The position numbers and the translations under genes were made by a program. A DNA stretch of 64,000 bases, from contig OZ024741.1 of assembly GCA_964016885.1 (NCBI GenBank), positions 344,286,001-344,350,000 of the forward strand, given 5' to 3'. Of this stretch, positions 30,005 through 45,655 are shown one piece after another. This stretch comes from Eledone cirrhosa (Eukaryota). Numbering within the stretch: position 1 is the stretch's first letter; each line of letters begins with the position of its first letter. Below the pieces are notes generated by a model, which was given only the letters and a program-made list of their open reading frames with translations, had not been told where the DNA came from and did not search any database.

Positions 30005-30872
<868 letters not shown>

Positions 30873-31069
30873 TATATAAATATACACACATACACTTAGA
30901 TACATACATATATATATATATAAACATGCACATATATATTTATATATATATATATATACATATACATATACATACATATATACACATATTTATACACACA
31001 CACACATATATATACCTATATATATACAGACACATATACACACACATATATACACATATTTATACACAT

Positions 31070-31109
<40 letters not shown>

Positions 31110-31290
31110 TAGTAAAAGGAAAAGAAAATGCTGACAAATTTTTCATAGTGAAAAATAGTTTAATTAGGAATAAGTATAAATTAGTAATAAGTATTGGTTA
31201 GTATTCAGGTTTAGTTTTAAGTGTTTACCGGTTGCGCATTTCTAATGCTTTTCAAAAATAATTTTGAGATAGAGTGCCCGTGATGTTTGC
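31110..31290 (-). mobile_element. Short repeat family with an HHR-like variant (second copy 52906-53128)
   Basis: TTT-TTGAAAA-GCAT..ATGC-GCAA-CCGG-TA-AA on -; copies are homologous. Confidence 0.6.
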
Positions 31291-31789
31291 TCTAATACTA
31301 TATATATATATATATATACATATATATACATATATATACATACACATATATATATATATATACGCAAAATCATACTTACATTTATATACATTCAATCGTA
31401 CACACATATTTTCATACATACAAGTGTGCTCATACAAGTAGAAAATCTAAGTAGGTAAAGAGTACTTACAGAACGTCAATACTGTGAGGCGTACCGAAAG
31501 AGGGCTTAGGGTGAGGGTAGGGGTGGGGTTGAATGGAGAGGGGGCGGATATTATGTCGAATGAGGTGTTTTTTGAAACTATCGTTCTGGTGGCAAGGCTG
31601 GTTTGTAGGGTTTATATGTTGCATGGTTTTTGTGCATGCAGCTCGGGCAGTGTTCAGAAAGACTGTTCTGTGTCGGGCCCTTGGCAAATAGTATTTCATA
31701 GCTCCCCGAAATAAAAAGGTCGCAACACTTGCGTCCCCCTATGTATGAGCGCGCTCTCTGGAGTAATTTGCATTTGTGCGTGAAAGGGA

Positions 31790-32180
31790 TGGAGTGCCTC
31801 TTGAGGTCACAGACATAGGCGGTGAATGTTGTTTGGTTCGATTTATCCGGTCTTCTGGACGAGTGGATATGGGCATATCACCGCGTCTTAAATTTGTTGG
31901 ATGTGATTCTGATATATATCTTTTTGTTTTTGTCATCAATGCCTGAGGCGATGTCACATTTATATGCGACGTCATTATTGTGGAGGTTGCACAAGGTTCC
32001 TGTCCAAGGATGGGTTTCGGAGGTAGTAGGCTTATTTAATTTGACAGTATTGAGGTTGGCTATTTTCCTAGCTAAGTTAGATGTAGTGGAGTAGGAGAGT
32101 CTTATTGTATTCTTATTAAAGATAGTGTAGTACCTATGTTGTGTGGGGAAGTGTTTATTTAGCAATTTGAAGACCTCCAC
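31790..32180 (-). pseudogene. Decayed Penelope-like linker/GIY-YIG fragment
   Basis: LLNKHFP..IFNKNTIRLSYST..VAYKC..YIRITSNKFKTR. Confidence 0.75.
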
Positions 32181-32374
32181 CCATCCCAATCTCCATCTTC
32201 CCCTATCAACAGAAAATGTATAAATACCACCATATCACATTGACAGTCGGCTTTCGGGGTGATTTCCTACAAATGAAACAGTTCTATACCTGTAGAAGCC
32301 ATTTCTATATTAAATATGTATATATAAATGCACAGACACACACACACATATATTTATATATTTATTTATATATA

Positions 32375-32437
<63 letters not shown>

Positions 32438-32525
32438 GCATATACATATATGTATATAATGGCATATATACACACACCTATATACATATATATATATATA
32501 CACACACACATATATATATATATAC

Positions 32526-32575
<50 letters not shown>

Positions 32576-32593
32576 GGGGAGAGAGAGGAAGAG

Positions 32594-32674
<81 letters not shown>

Positions 32675-32727
32675 GAGAGAGAAAAAATGAAATTTCATTT
32701 CTCACTCTTAGTACGGCTGATACTTAA

Positions 32728-33270
32728 ATATAAGTATGTATACGTACATACATATATAAATACAGACGTACAGTAGTATGTATATATATACATACACACA
32801 TATATATATGTACGTATGGGTTTACAGAACATTTATTATAATGCTCGGTTTGTTTGCAAACAAACAGCCCGATTTATTAGCCGTATAGTGTTAGGCAACC
32901 ATCGTTGCCCTTTTGTTCAACACTAACAAAGGAACGATGAACTAGTTTCTAGCTTATTAGCTGTCATCAGCACCGTATATACTTTCAAACGTTCAATCGA
33001 CTGACAGGAATGTATACGGCGCTGATGACAGTTAATAAGCTAGAAACTAGTTCATCGTTCCTTTGTCAGTGTTGAACAAAAGGGCAACAATGGTTGCCCA
33101 ACACTGTAAGGCTAATAATTCGAGCTGTTTGTTTACAAACAAACCGAACATTATAATAAATGTTCGGTAAACCCATACGTACATATATATATGTGTGCAT
33201 GTATGTATGTATATACATACTACTGTACGTCTGTATACAAATATGTATGTACGTATACATACTTATATAT
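32728..33270. mobile_element. Hairpin element (about 250 bp arms) with paired HHRs
   Basis: Reverse-complement arms around 32980-33012. Confidence 0.85.
32935..32975 (-). ncRNA. Minimal hammerhead (mirror 33017-33057 on +)
   Basis: CGGTG-CTGATGA-cAGCT aata AGCTa-GAAA-CTAG-TT-CATCG. Confidence 0.85.
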
Positions 33271-33574
33271 ATATATATATATATAATTATATATAATATT
33301 CCGTCTATAGAACCAAAACACTTGACCCTATTAACGAAGCAGATGAAGATCATCTTCACTTGATTACGTTATGACAGCACATCAATAAGGAAAAAAAACT
33401 GAAAAAATAGAAGGAAACAAAGATGTGAATAAATAAATAAATAAATATATAAATAAATAAATAAATGAATAAATGAATAAACATAGATTAATAAATAAAT
33501 ATAGATATAAATAAATCTATAATATAATAAATATTGCAGACGTTCAGAGATAGTTTCTCACTCTCATATATATG

Positions 33575-33616
<42 letters not shown>

Positions 33617-33677
33617 ATATATATATAGTGAAAGAATGAAGAGTAACATGGTTGGCTGTATAACAAGGGGCTTACAC

Positions 33678-33712
<35 letters not shown>

Positions 33713-33782
33713 CACATATATATATATACATATATATATATATATGTATATAGGTATATATATATATATGTATATATATAGG

Positions 33783-33836
<54 letters not shown>

Positions 33837-33895
33837 TACATATATATAAAATATATAAATATTTATATATATATGAGTGTATGTGTCTGTCTGTG

Positions 33896-33944
<49 letters not shown>

Positions 33945-34084
33945 TCATACAGACACACATCAACGCATAAAGCACACACATCAACGCATACACACACACG
34001 CAGATATACGCACACATACACATGCACGCGCAACGCACACACACAACACACACGGACACAGTCATATGCATATATGTGTACTAG

Positions 34085-34152
<68 letters not shown>

Positions 34153-34587
34153 CTAGTACACATACACTCATATTCACAATCATAGGTGCATAGATGTAAA
34201 TATAATATCTGCATTTGATGAAAATCGATATATGAGTTTGCACATGTGCATATTAAATTTTTAAAAACATCGACTCTTCGTCGGTTACAACGAGGAGTAT
34301 TCCAGTTGTTCGATCAATGAAATACCTACTTATTGTATTACAGTTGTTGAAACTTGTTATACTTGTTAATCCTGTTATACAGAGTGTATAGTTAAATTAG
34401 TTTTACATGTATGTGTCTTATTTTTCCTACATGTCGCTTTACTCTTAACGTAGGCTTGTATCATTCAGGTTAGGCTGTAGATATTAATAAACGAAATTGT
34501 CAGCAACCTACGTTTTTACTACGAGACAGAATCTAATAATATTTTCTAGACAAGAATTATTTACTTACACATATGTATTATATATAT

Positions 34588-34773
34588 GTGGATTGGCAGT
34601 ATCGGTAGTGGGTCGGACGCCATGCTTTGACGTATAGAGTTACGGCCCTTGCCATTCTGAGTTCAAATCCCGCCGAGGTTAACTTTGCCTTTCATCCTTA
34701 CGGGGTCGATAAAATAAAGTACCAGTAATACACTGGGTACTTGCTGGCCTTGTGCCAAAAGAAGAAACAATTA
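34588..34773 (+). mobile_element. SINE family 1
   Basis: Family 1 motifs. Confidence 0.9.
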
Positions 34774-35202
34774 TATATATATATATATATAAGAATGTAT
34801 ATGTATGTACGTATGTATATATGGATGTATGTATGTATGTGTGTATGAATATGTGTATGCATGGATGTATGTATCTATCTACCAATCTATCTATGTTCTG
34901 ATTTTATAATATTATAAATGTTTACCAATAGAGAGAGAGTCGGTTTCTAACAACATCAACTAGGTAGATATGTATGCATGTCTGCATGCATGCATGTGTG
35001 TGCAGGTATGAATGCTATATGTGTGGATGTGGATGTTTTGTGTTATATGTGTACATGTGTATATGCTTTGTATCTGTACAAGTGTACATACAGTTATTAC
35101 TCGCAGAATATTTTGAATGCTTTTCATATTTTTACTGTTCCGTTAATGGATTGTACTAGTCGTGTTTTTCTTTGAAACCCAGCTTCTCATATATGTATGT
35201 AT

Positions 35203-35590
35203 GTCAAGGCAAAATTCTAGGAGAAGGAAAACTCTGATATAACACTTGCAACCCTGATCGTATCCAATGATGTTGACTTGTTCTTCTTTTTGTTAAATAT
35301 CATCATGGTTAAGAGAGTGGGACTGGCTTTGTGCAATGCCTTTGCTCACTATAAAAGCTTCACGGCACAGGCATTGCTTATATCTGGAGATCTCTCTGCA
35401 CGTGTCATCACATGGTACCATGGGCCCAGCACTATGTGTCAATAATTGTCACAGGTGTAGTGTTTGTACCAGAGTTTTCAAGTCGCTGGCTGGACTAAAA
35501 AGTCACACTCGTTCAGCGCATTGGTAGGGGTTCTCCTACATGGATATAAAGTAGTGGCCGTACTCGAAAACGAGTTCACAGCCACCATGT
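35203..35590 (+). mobile_element. Non-autonomous RTE derivative (5' truncated)
   Basis: CTAGGAGAAGGAAAACTCTGA RTE-type 5' motif; 3' part encodes CSVCTRVFKSLAGLKSH; (ATGT)n tail. Confidence 0.75.
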
Positions 35591-35646
35591 ATGTATGTAT
35601 GTATGTAATGTATGTATGTATGTATGTATGTATGTATGTATGTATG

Positions 35647-35679
<33 letters not shown>

Positions 35680-35976
35680 TCTTCTGGTTTTATAATTTCA
35701 CAAATGTTTACCAATAGAGAGAGAGAGTCGGTTTCTAACATAGACACAAGACTCTCTCATTGGAATTTACACAACATCAACTATGTAGATTATGTATGCA
35801 TGCATGCATGCATGTGTAGATATGGATGTGTATGTTTTGAGTTGTATGTGTGCATGTGTATATGCTTTGTATCTGTATATGTGTATATGCAATTATTAGT
35901 TGCAAAACTTTTGGAATATTTTACATATTTTTACTGTTCCATTAATGGATTGTACTTGTGTATGTATGTATGTATG

Positions 35977-37300
35977 TTTTGCAATGGTTTTCTGTATTGC
36001 ATTCAGGAATTGCGAGCATGGTGTTTACATCCGATATCGAACCTCAGGCAGCATATTTAACATCAGGCGCTTTGCTGCGAAGACAAAAGTATTTACATCA
36101 ATCATAAGAGACCTCTTGTATGCAGATGATTGCGATCTTGTAGCGCACACAGAGAGTGATATGCAGCACATTTTGAATGCATTTTCTGACGCTTGCACTG
36201 CCCTGGGTTTGACTGTTAGTCTCAAGAAAACCGTCGTCATGTACCAACCTGCCCCTAGTAAGCAGTACACTGAACCAAACATCTATGTGTATGGCAAACG
36301 ACTTGGAGTGGTTGATCAGTTTGTCTACCTGGGAAGCACTGTCAATCGATACGGCAACCTTGACAGTGAAATCTCACTTAGGATTAGGAAAGCAAGTGAT
36401 GCTTTCGGAAAGCTAGAAAGGCGACTCTGGGGTCGGCGAGACATATGCAGGAGGACAAAGGTAAGGGTGTACAGGGCATGTGTGCTCTCTTGTCTTCTTT
36501 ATGCCTGCGAGACCTGGGTCACATATCGACACCACCTTAAGCAATTGGAGCGTTTCCATCAGATGTGTCTCAGACGGATCCATGGCGTTCACTGGAGGGA
36601 CCACATCAGTGATGTCGAGATTTTGGAAAGCTCTATGTGTGATAGTATAGAAGCTCTTGTGCTTAAGCAACGACTCCGTTGGAGTGGTCACCTTGCCAGG
36701 ATGAAGGATTCTAGAATACCAAAACAACTCTTCTATGGAGAGTTGGTTAAAGGAAAACGACCGCCACATAAACCAAAAAAGAGGTATAAGGATTCCTTGA
36801 AAGCCTCTCTGAAAGACGCTAACATCTCTGCTGATACATGGGAAAATGTTACTGCTGATCGTAATAAATGGAGAAAGACTGTATATGAGGGAAAAGTTGC
36901 CTTTGAGGCATCTCGAATCGCACACGAGAAAGTAAAGCGGGATGTGAGGAAGGGCATTGCTGTTGTACTTCCAGACGGCGAGGGTCCTCCTATGGTGCTG
37001 ACATGCAGCGTCTGTGCGAGACTCTGCCTAAGCAAAGCTGGACTCGAAAGTCATCTTCGCAGTCATAAAGTAAGACCAGTGGTTGACTACCAGGCTGCTG
37101 TTGGAGATGCTACTCATCATGCTTGCCAAACATGTGGTAGAGAATGTAAATCAGCAGGAGGGCTCAAGCGACATGCAAAAGTACACGAACTCCAACCACA
37201 GCCGACTATTCCCAGTGAATGTTTTGGTTGCCGACTCTGTGCAAGACATTTTAGATCATTGGCTGGGCTAAAAAGCCACATTCGATCGCAGCACTGTTAG
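35977..37300 (+). CDS. 5'-truncated RTE-clade LINE: RT C-terminal half plus three C2H2 zinc fingers
   Basis: LLYADDC, FVYLGS, LLYACETW, RLRWSGHLARM..RIPK; open frame to stop at 37300. Confidence 0.9.
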
Positions 37301-38351
37301 TTGCTATCGTGTGTGTGTGTGTAGATATGCTTATGTGCGTGCGTGTGTGTGTATATATATATATGAATATGTATATTATTATTGTTGTTGTCGTTATTAT
37401 TATTATTGCTATTATTTTTATTATTATTATTATTGTTAATGTATGTGTGTGTGTGTATATGTGTGTGTGTATGTATGTGTGTATATATGTATTTATTTTC
37501 TTTTATTAATTGAGTTCTTTACACGAGGAATTAATATTGGTTTTGAAATAACTAATTAACCCGCGTGTGTTTTATATTTTACTCTTAATAATTCGGCCGG
37601 AGAATTATATTCCCATTTGCCCTTTATAGCATAACTTTCTGCATTTACTGCGGTTATGAGAAGCGGTTCTTATTCGGGTACAACTTCTGATTTAGCCTAA
37701 GAAAATATCTATATGCGTGTGTAATTTATACAAGCATATATTTATTTTTTTATTTTCAATTGAGTTATTAAACACGTTGGATTGATAATGTTTTCAAAAA
37801 AACTAATTAATCCGCGTGTATATTATTTTTTTTCCTCATTTCGTGGATCGTGGGTTGTCTCCCCTTCCCGCTTCGTGTCGCTATGATACTTCCTCAGTCA
37901 AAAACTGCTGGAATTTCAAATTTGGCGGTCATTCGAGGTGAGAGGGAGCAACTTTACGGACATGATTTTTGACAGCGGTAAGAAATTGTTTTCTTATATC
38001 AATGTTTAATGGGCTTCCACTGATGATTTATAAGTGCCCACCTAAATATATTCTTACATGAATATATATTAGGCTTCTACATAAACTGGAAACATTCTCC
38101 CAACTTGTAGAAAACTTATAATGAAACAATTGTTTGGAAAGAGAGATATACTTTAACTTTAATTTATCTCATAAAATAATACAACTGGTTTTTCCACATT
38201 ATACATATTGTTAGCACCCCAAACACTTAAATTGGGTTTATATTTTAATATAACCTAATGTTTGTTGAGTGAGATGGTTACCAGTCAGTGTTTAGCTTTA
38301 AACTATCTCTGTTATTGTATTAATTATATATATATATATATTTCTTTTTTT

Positions 38352-38391
<40 letters not shown>

Positions 38392-38574
38392 TTATTTTAT
38401 TTTATTTTATTTTATTTTATTTTTTTTATTTTTTTTTATTCTCGTGCAATGGCCATACTCGATAACGAGGGGGCAGCCATCATCATGTATGTATGTATGT
38501 ATGTATGTATGTATGTATGTATGTATGTATGTATGTATGTATGTATGTATGTATGTATGTATGTATGTATGTAT

Positions 38575-39172
38575 GTTGGTGCTACTGGTAACATGTATCC
38601 TAGTACAACCTGTCTCATGGTCGGGTCGTTGGCGACTAAACTGGCAACCCCACCAAGGTTTCTTGGTGAGGAGGGTGACTTTGGACATCCTGCAGGACTA
38701 AAAACAAAACCTGTCAAAGGGCAAAGGAGCTCTTAAGAGTCAATGGCCATCCAAAATCACCGGGAGAGATGACCACTTAGCCTTTGTCAAGGTAGAATTC
38801 TAGGAGAAGGAAAACTCTGATGTAACGCCTGCAACCCTGATGGTATCCAATGATGTTGACTTGTTCTTCTTTTTGGTAAATATCATCTTGGTTAAGAGAG
38901 TGGGACTGGCTTTGTGCAATGCCTTTGCTCACTATAAAAGCTTCACAGCACAGGCATTGCTTTATATCTGGAGATCTATCTGCACTTGTCGTCACATGGT
39001 ACCATGGGACCAGCACTATGTGTCAATAATTGTCACAAGTGTAGTGTTTGTACCAGAGTTTTCAAGTCGCTGACTGGACTAAAAAGTCACACTCGTCCAG
39101 CGCGTCGGCGGGGGTTCTCCCACATGGATATAAAGTAGTGGCCGTACTCGAAAACGAGTTGGCAGCCACCAT
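38575..39172 (+). mobile_element. Non-autonomous RTE derivative (near full length) in (ATGT)n
   Basis: Homologous to 35203-35590 and to 56295-57017 (-). Confidence 0.8.
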
Positions 39173-40013
39173 ATATGTATGTTTGTTCTTCTGCTTTTAT
39201 AATTTCACAAATGTTTACCAATAGAGAGAGTGTCGGTTTCTAACATAGACACAACATCAACTAGATAGATATGTATGCATGCCTGCATGCATGCATGTGT
39301 GTGTAGGTATAGATGCTATTGTATGTGTGGATGTGTATATTTTGAGTTATATGTGTGCATATGCATATGCTTTGTATCTGTACATGTGTATATGCAGTTA
39401 TTACTTGCAAAATTTTGGAATATTTTACATATTTTTACTGTTCCATTAATGGATTGTACTTGTAATTTCCTAACTAGTCATGTTCTCTCTGGTTCTGTGA
39501 AGCCTAGCTTGTATGTATGTATGTATGTATGTATGAATGTATATGTGTGTGTGCATGTATGTATGTGTGTGTATGTATTTATGTGTGTATTTATTTATAC
39601 ATTTAAGTATGTATGTTTGTGTTATGTAGTATTATGCATTTATGTATGTATGTATATATGTATGTATCCATGTATTTATGTGTGTATGTATTAATGCGTG
39701 TATTTATGTACGTATTTATGTATGTATGTATGTATTATGTAGTATTATGTATATATGTATGTATTATGTAGTATATGTGTATGTATTATGTAGTATTATG
39801 TATGTATGTATGTATTATGTATGTACATTTGAATGTATGTCTGCCCATGTCTGCATCAAGGTTTACATCTCACTTAAAAGCCGGTGCTGTTGTTTATCTC
39901 ATGTAACTTAGCTGCTTGACAAATGGTTCAAATAAATACCAGAATTAAAAACAAATACTAGGGCTGATATGATGGAGTAAATCGTTGAAGCCAAATGACA
40001 GAAAACAATAAAA

Positions 40014-40061
<48 letters not shown>

Positions 40062-40180
40062 TTTTATTGTTTTCATAATATATATATATATATATTCTTT
40101 TATTGTTTTCATAATATATATATATATTCTTTTATTGTTTTCATAATATATATATATATATATATTCTTTTATTGTTTTC

Positions 40181-40234
<54 letters not shown>

Positions 40235-40308
40235 AAAAAGTATGACCCCGACGGCAGAGCTCAAGCACACATGCACACACGTTCACATGCTCAAGCACAC
40301 ATGCACAG

Positions 40309-40358
<50 letters not shown>

Positions 40359-40359
40359 G

Positions 40360-40422
<63 letters not shown>

Positions 40423-40671
40423 GTGTAAAAGATTAACAGAAATAACAACACAATCGGTACACTATATGGAAGGAGACAGGGAGACAACTTTTTCTCCCTC
40501 ATTAAAATATCTTTAAGGATCGGACAATTAAAATTCTCCTATTTTGTTGCGCGGTCTACAAGCCCATTTGAGATTTCTTTACGGTAAATACATGATATAG
40601 TCTCGGACTGGCAACTTTGCAAATGACATTCTACATAGTATATATATATATATATGTGTGGGGGGGGGGGG

Positions 40672-40707
<36 letters not shown>

Positions 40708-40785
40708 GGTAAACAGAAATAACACAATTGGCACAGAATATGGAAGGAATATATTAGGTTAACGCTTGAAATAACAGGAAGAGTG

Positions 40786-40821
40786 TCTTAACGTTTCGGA
40801 CGCTAGTCCTTCATCAGAAGA
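40786..40821 (-). ncRNA. Minimal hammerhead, family E (related pieces at 14690-14795 and 40425-40475)
   Basis: TCTT-CTGATGA-a-GGAC tagc GTCC-GAAA-CG-TT-AAGA. Confidence 0.8.
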
Positions 40822-40909
40822 AAGAATAAGAAATAAGATAGATTGAGAGGGTTGTCGGTGTGGCATTGGAAAAATGTCTTTAGATAAAAATAACAGGTCT
40901 ATTCATGTT

Positions 40910-40988
<79 letters not shown>

Positions 40989-41111
40989 TTTATTCTTTGT
41001 TTCTCTGTGCGTGTAGAGAGAGGGTGAGAGAGAGTGAGAGAGAGAAAGAGAGAGAGAGTGAGAGAGAGTGAGAGAGAGAAAGAGAGAGAGAGAGTATGAG
41101 TGAAGGAGAAG

Positions 41112-41177
<66 letters not shown>

Positions 41178-41772
41178 ACTGTAAAGACAGTTTGTTGCTA
41201 CAGATAGATTGTAACATCGGGTAAAGACTCCTTATAGTCGGAAAAAAAGCTATTTATAACAACCAACTGCTTTTAGTTATTTGCTGCGTTGGAGTTTCCT
41301 TCTTTTTCTATGAACTTGATAATGTTTCAGTGCTTCGAAAGTTCAAACTTAGCTAGTAGGTATGGAGAATTTGGATTGGTCGAACTTTAAAGGAAGAGGC
41401 TACGTAGCCGGTCCTGGCGAAATAGACTTCCAGACTATGTAGCAGATAAGAATGTCACACACCACGAGTTGCGGCACGAGTTAAGAAAATTGTAAAGACA
41501 ATTTGAAATCTTTTCCACCATGAGTTGTTAAAAAACAATTTAAAATCATTTAGTCTTCATCTGATTATAATTCTGCTTGTGTTTCATCCATTCGTAAAGT
41601 ACGCTACGCTTTAGTTACATACACACACATCTACTGAGTTCCATGGATTAAGAATTTTAGTAGAGTCAAATATTTTCGAAATTAAGAATTTTAGCAGAAA
41701 GTCACGACCTGGTTAAAGATAGTAATCACTACCTGGGTTCTAAAACACTATTTATTATTTAGTGGTAAAATA

Positions 41773-42008
41773 GGGCTGTGGATTTGCAGTATCGATAGAG
41801 AGTCGGACATCATGCTTCGCAGAATAGAGTTACGGCCCTTTATGATCTGAGTTCAAAACCCGTCGAGATTAACTTTGCCTTTCATCCTTACTGGGTCGAT
41901 AAAATAAAGTACCGGTAATGTACTGTGGTCGATTTAATCGACTCCCCCCCCCCCCCCCACAAAAAAAAAAAATTGCTGGCCTTGTGCCTATATAAGAAAC
42001 CATTATTT
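41773..42008 (+). mobile_element. SINE family 1 (long variant) with TSD
   Basis: Flanking ATTATTTAGTGGTAAAATA duplication. Confidence 0.9.
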
Positions 42009-42791
42009 AGTGGTAAAATAAGCTTCCGGAACCCCGGCTAGAGTTGGTCCCTTTCGTATTTGTGGTAACAAGCTTTAAAAGCATGCTTGTCTATTTTGCC
42101 GGGATCGGCTATGTAGCCTATTCCAAATTTAAGTATATTCTGAAGACGGTGGAAAATTTAACTTTATGGCAGTCTCCGTTGTAAAATAACTACAATAAGA
42201 AATAATTGCGATATTTTCATGACGCTTAATAAAAGAAATGATTACATTCGATAGATTTATATAGATTAAACTTTCTATCTGTATATCAGACCTATCAGTT
42301 CTCCCCGTCCGACGGGCAGATCTTCCAGCCACTTTGTGGTGGGTGAGAGATGTCTTCTCTTGTATAAATGGGTATAGCTTTCATTGTATAAAATTTCACT
42401 GTTTTCCCTCATTTTTTCCCGTTTTGGGGCCTTTTCATTCATGGTACTCTCCGTTTGGGGTTTTAGAAGTTTGCAGGTCTGGTACACACTTGATATTTCT
42501 GCCTTTGAACTTCGTCGATGCAGACGTAGACAATAGGAAATTAGGGAATTGAAATATTCTTAAGAATTATTGGAGAGAAAAATTGTATGAAGGAAAATTT
42601 AGATACTATGCTCTAGACAGGAAGACATCTTTTTCTCCCTCATTAGAATATCTTTATGGATCGGACGGTTAAAATTTTCCTTTTTCGTTGCGCGGTCTAC
42701 AATTCGATTTGGAATTTCTTTACGGTGAATTCATGATATAGTCTCGGACTGGCAACTTTGGAAATGAGAATTATATACATATACATATAGC

Positions 42792-43940
42792 GTAGATTTC
42801 TTAGACATTAATTTAGACCTTCGCACACACACCCACAGACCCTTCCATAAGCTAAACGAGAAACTTAATTACATTCAAAAGGACTCATGCCACCCTCCCA
42901 CTGTTTTTAGAATCTTCGTTAAGAATACCAGTACTAGAATCTCAAACCTCTCCTCTAATAAGGCTATCTTTGACAGGGCGGCACCCTACTATAACACAGC
43001 ATTGGCTAACAGCGCGGCTTCTCACAACCTATCACCTACTCTCCCACTAGCAACAACACCATTAATAAGAGTAAACGTTAAAACCAATGTAGGAAAGAAA
43101 TTTCTAGCCCTCTGAGATAGACACTTCCCCATAGATCATAAATACCGCTCCATCTTTAACCGACACAAAGTTAAACTAGGATACTCCTGCGCTAAGAACA
43201 TGAAGGCCCGCACCACCAGCAGCCCTAGGAGCAACACCCCACCAGGGTGCTCTTGCCGTAAGCCTGAAGCTTGCCCCCTTCAACAGCAATGCAACACACC
43301 AGCTGTAATCTATGAAGCTGTGGTCACTTCCAACCGACCAAACGAACAACAGGAGGTCAAATCCTATGTGGGCATGGCGGAGGGCCGATTCAAGGAGCGT
43401 TTCCTGAACTACCAGTCTACCTTCAGATACCCGGACAGACGTTCATCCACGAAACTCGCGAGCCACGTATGGTCCCTCAAGGACTCAAGTATAGGCTACT
43501 CCATTCAATGGAAAGCCATCACTAAGTCCAAGCCATACGCAAGGGGAAATCCGACGTGTGGCTTATGTATTGACGAACGAATAACTATCCTAAAGAGATT
43601 ACGCAATAGTGATTGCCTAAACACGAGAAGTGAATTTTTCACACGTTGTCCACACGTCACCAAACATCTATTGCATAACTACAAGGCTCCGGACTGATTC
43701 TTTGTAATTTTATTTTAAATTTTTGTAAATTTTATTTTCAATCTAAAAACTTTCCGGACTTTCGCAGTTATCTCCCTTACACCACCCGCAGGCAGTCTAG
43801 TATTGCCTGTGTGAAGTGACCGAGTTTCTGTGCATGCGCGTTCGTACGGTTGTCCTTCCTGTTCCTATAACCATACACATCCCGAGCTGAAGATCCGCGA
43901 AGGTGAAACAATTGTTCTCGGTACGGTGGACTAAGTGTTT
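42792..43940 (+). mobile_element. 5'-truncated Penelope-like element: thumb, GIY-YIG (ORF 43200-43697) and 3' HHR
   Basis: VDFLDINLDL..SCHPP; CSCRKPEACPL, VIYEAVV..YVGMAE..FKER, CGLC..E, CPH. Confidence 0.9.
43882..43921 (+). ncRNA. Minimal hammerhead in the PLE 3' region
   Basis: CCGAG-CTGAAGA-tCC gcgaa GGt-GAAA-CAATTG-TT-CTCGG. Confidence 0.85.
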
Positions 43941-43952
43941 TGTAACCACTTC

Positions 43953-44133
<181 letters not shown>

Positions 44134-44286
44134 ATATATATATATAAAATATCCTGTCTTTGTTACTAGAGAAGTTCACTCATGATCCGTTGGGTTCACC
44201 AGGGCTACTCTGCAGCTGACTGTTGGAATAGGCGCTTATCTACCTGCAAGAAACAGTTTGCCATCTGTGAAACCACATTGGTTTAA

Positions 44287-44352
<66 letters not shown>

Positions 44353-44385
44353 GTATCTATATATGTGTGTGTATATATATATATA

Positions 44386-44414
<29 letters not shown>

Positions 44415-44417
<3 letters not shown>

Positions 44418-44530
44418 GGAACGAGTAGGACCCCGACGGCTGAGCTCAAGCCGTTTCGCCGGCTAATTCAGTCCAGAATTAGCTGTCGAAACGGCTTGAG
44501 CTCAGCCGTCGCGGTCCTACTCGTTCCTAT
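44415..44530. repeat. About 55 bp-arm hairpin made of inverted HHR 3' halves
   Basis: Arms nearly perfect; GAAACGG-CTTGAGCTCAG-CCGTC. Confidence 0.8.
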
Positions 44531-44605
44531 TACACACTCTACTACCCTAAGTATTGAGTACTTTGGTGCGTTATGGTCCTCCTGGTTCCCTACCACATTT
44601 CCTTC

Positions 44606-44716
<111 letters not shown>

Positions 44717-45422
44717 ATACTTCGTTTTTGTATTTGTTTTGCAAGAATTCTTATCTGAAAACGGTTATTAAACCACCCAACTGGACCTTCCTAATAACTT
44801 AATAAGTAACTGAAAGCCAACTGATACATGTGTTTATGTGTTTTTATTGGCAGAATGACTTCCGAAATATAACAATATATATGTGTGTGTGTGTGGGGGG
44901 GGGGGGGGGGGGGGGGCTTGTGATGGCTGCAAATTCTGCTAAGAGTATTGCAATCGTTTGTCAGATGTGTGACGCTCTGATATGGCTTTTCAGGACTGCC
45001 AGAGACCTAGAGACTTCGCACACTCCTTCGCACACTGACGACAACTATGGATCTCCCTAACATGAATACCGTGGAGATCATAGTTCACTGGGTCTCTTTG
45101 AACATGGCTGCTGAGACCAGATTTTATCAAGGAAATCTTTCCACACTCAGGGCACACCAATTCAATTTTTTATTCATTGATTCATTAATTTGTTGTTATT
45201 AATTTTATTAACTTGTTGGTAACCCCAATCATTTTGTCCTATTATTGCTACACCACTACTAAATATGAATCAGAATGTTCTGATTTTGAAAGTTATCTCA
45301 GTTACAATTGAGCAATATATTGTGTGACACGGGGTTCCACTGCCCCAGATACCTAAAGCATCGAGTGGTAGTAAGATGTCTTAAGATTTCTGGTGTATAT
45401 ATTTATATACATATGTATGTAA

Positions 45423-45454
<32 letters not shown>

Positions 45455-45463
45455 GTATGTTAT

Positions 45464-45655
45464 TCCGGGGTTGAATCGGAGGTAAACCACAGTAAGTAAG
45501 GTACTCAATACATAGCAGAGTATAAAAGTTTTAATATAGATGAGATTCTACAGGACTAGAACTGTTTCATTCATTAGAGATCATCAGGAATCTCCTGATG
45601 ATTTCTAATGAAAGAAACAGTTCTAGTCCTGTAGAATCTCATCTATATTAAAACT
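45464..45655. mobile_element. HHR family A palindrome (HHR on - at 45542-45594, on + at 45592-45640)
   Basis: GAGATTC-CTGATGA-..-GAAA-CAG ttctagtc CTG-TA-GAATCTC. Confidence 0.85.

Noticed and set aside
39995-40190. Repeated TATTCTTTTATTGTTTTCATAA units resembling a CRISPR array
   Set aside because: The spacers are only (TA)n, there are no cas genes, and the context is eukaryotic.
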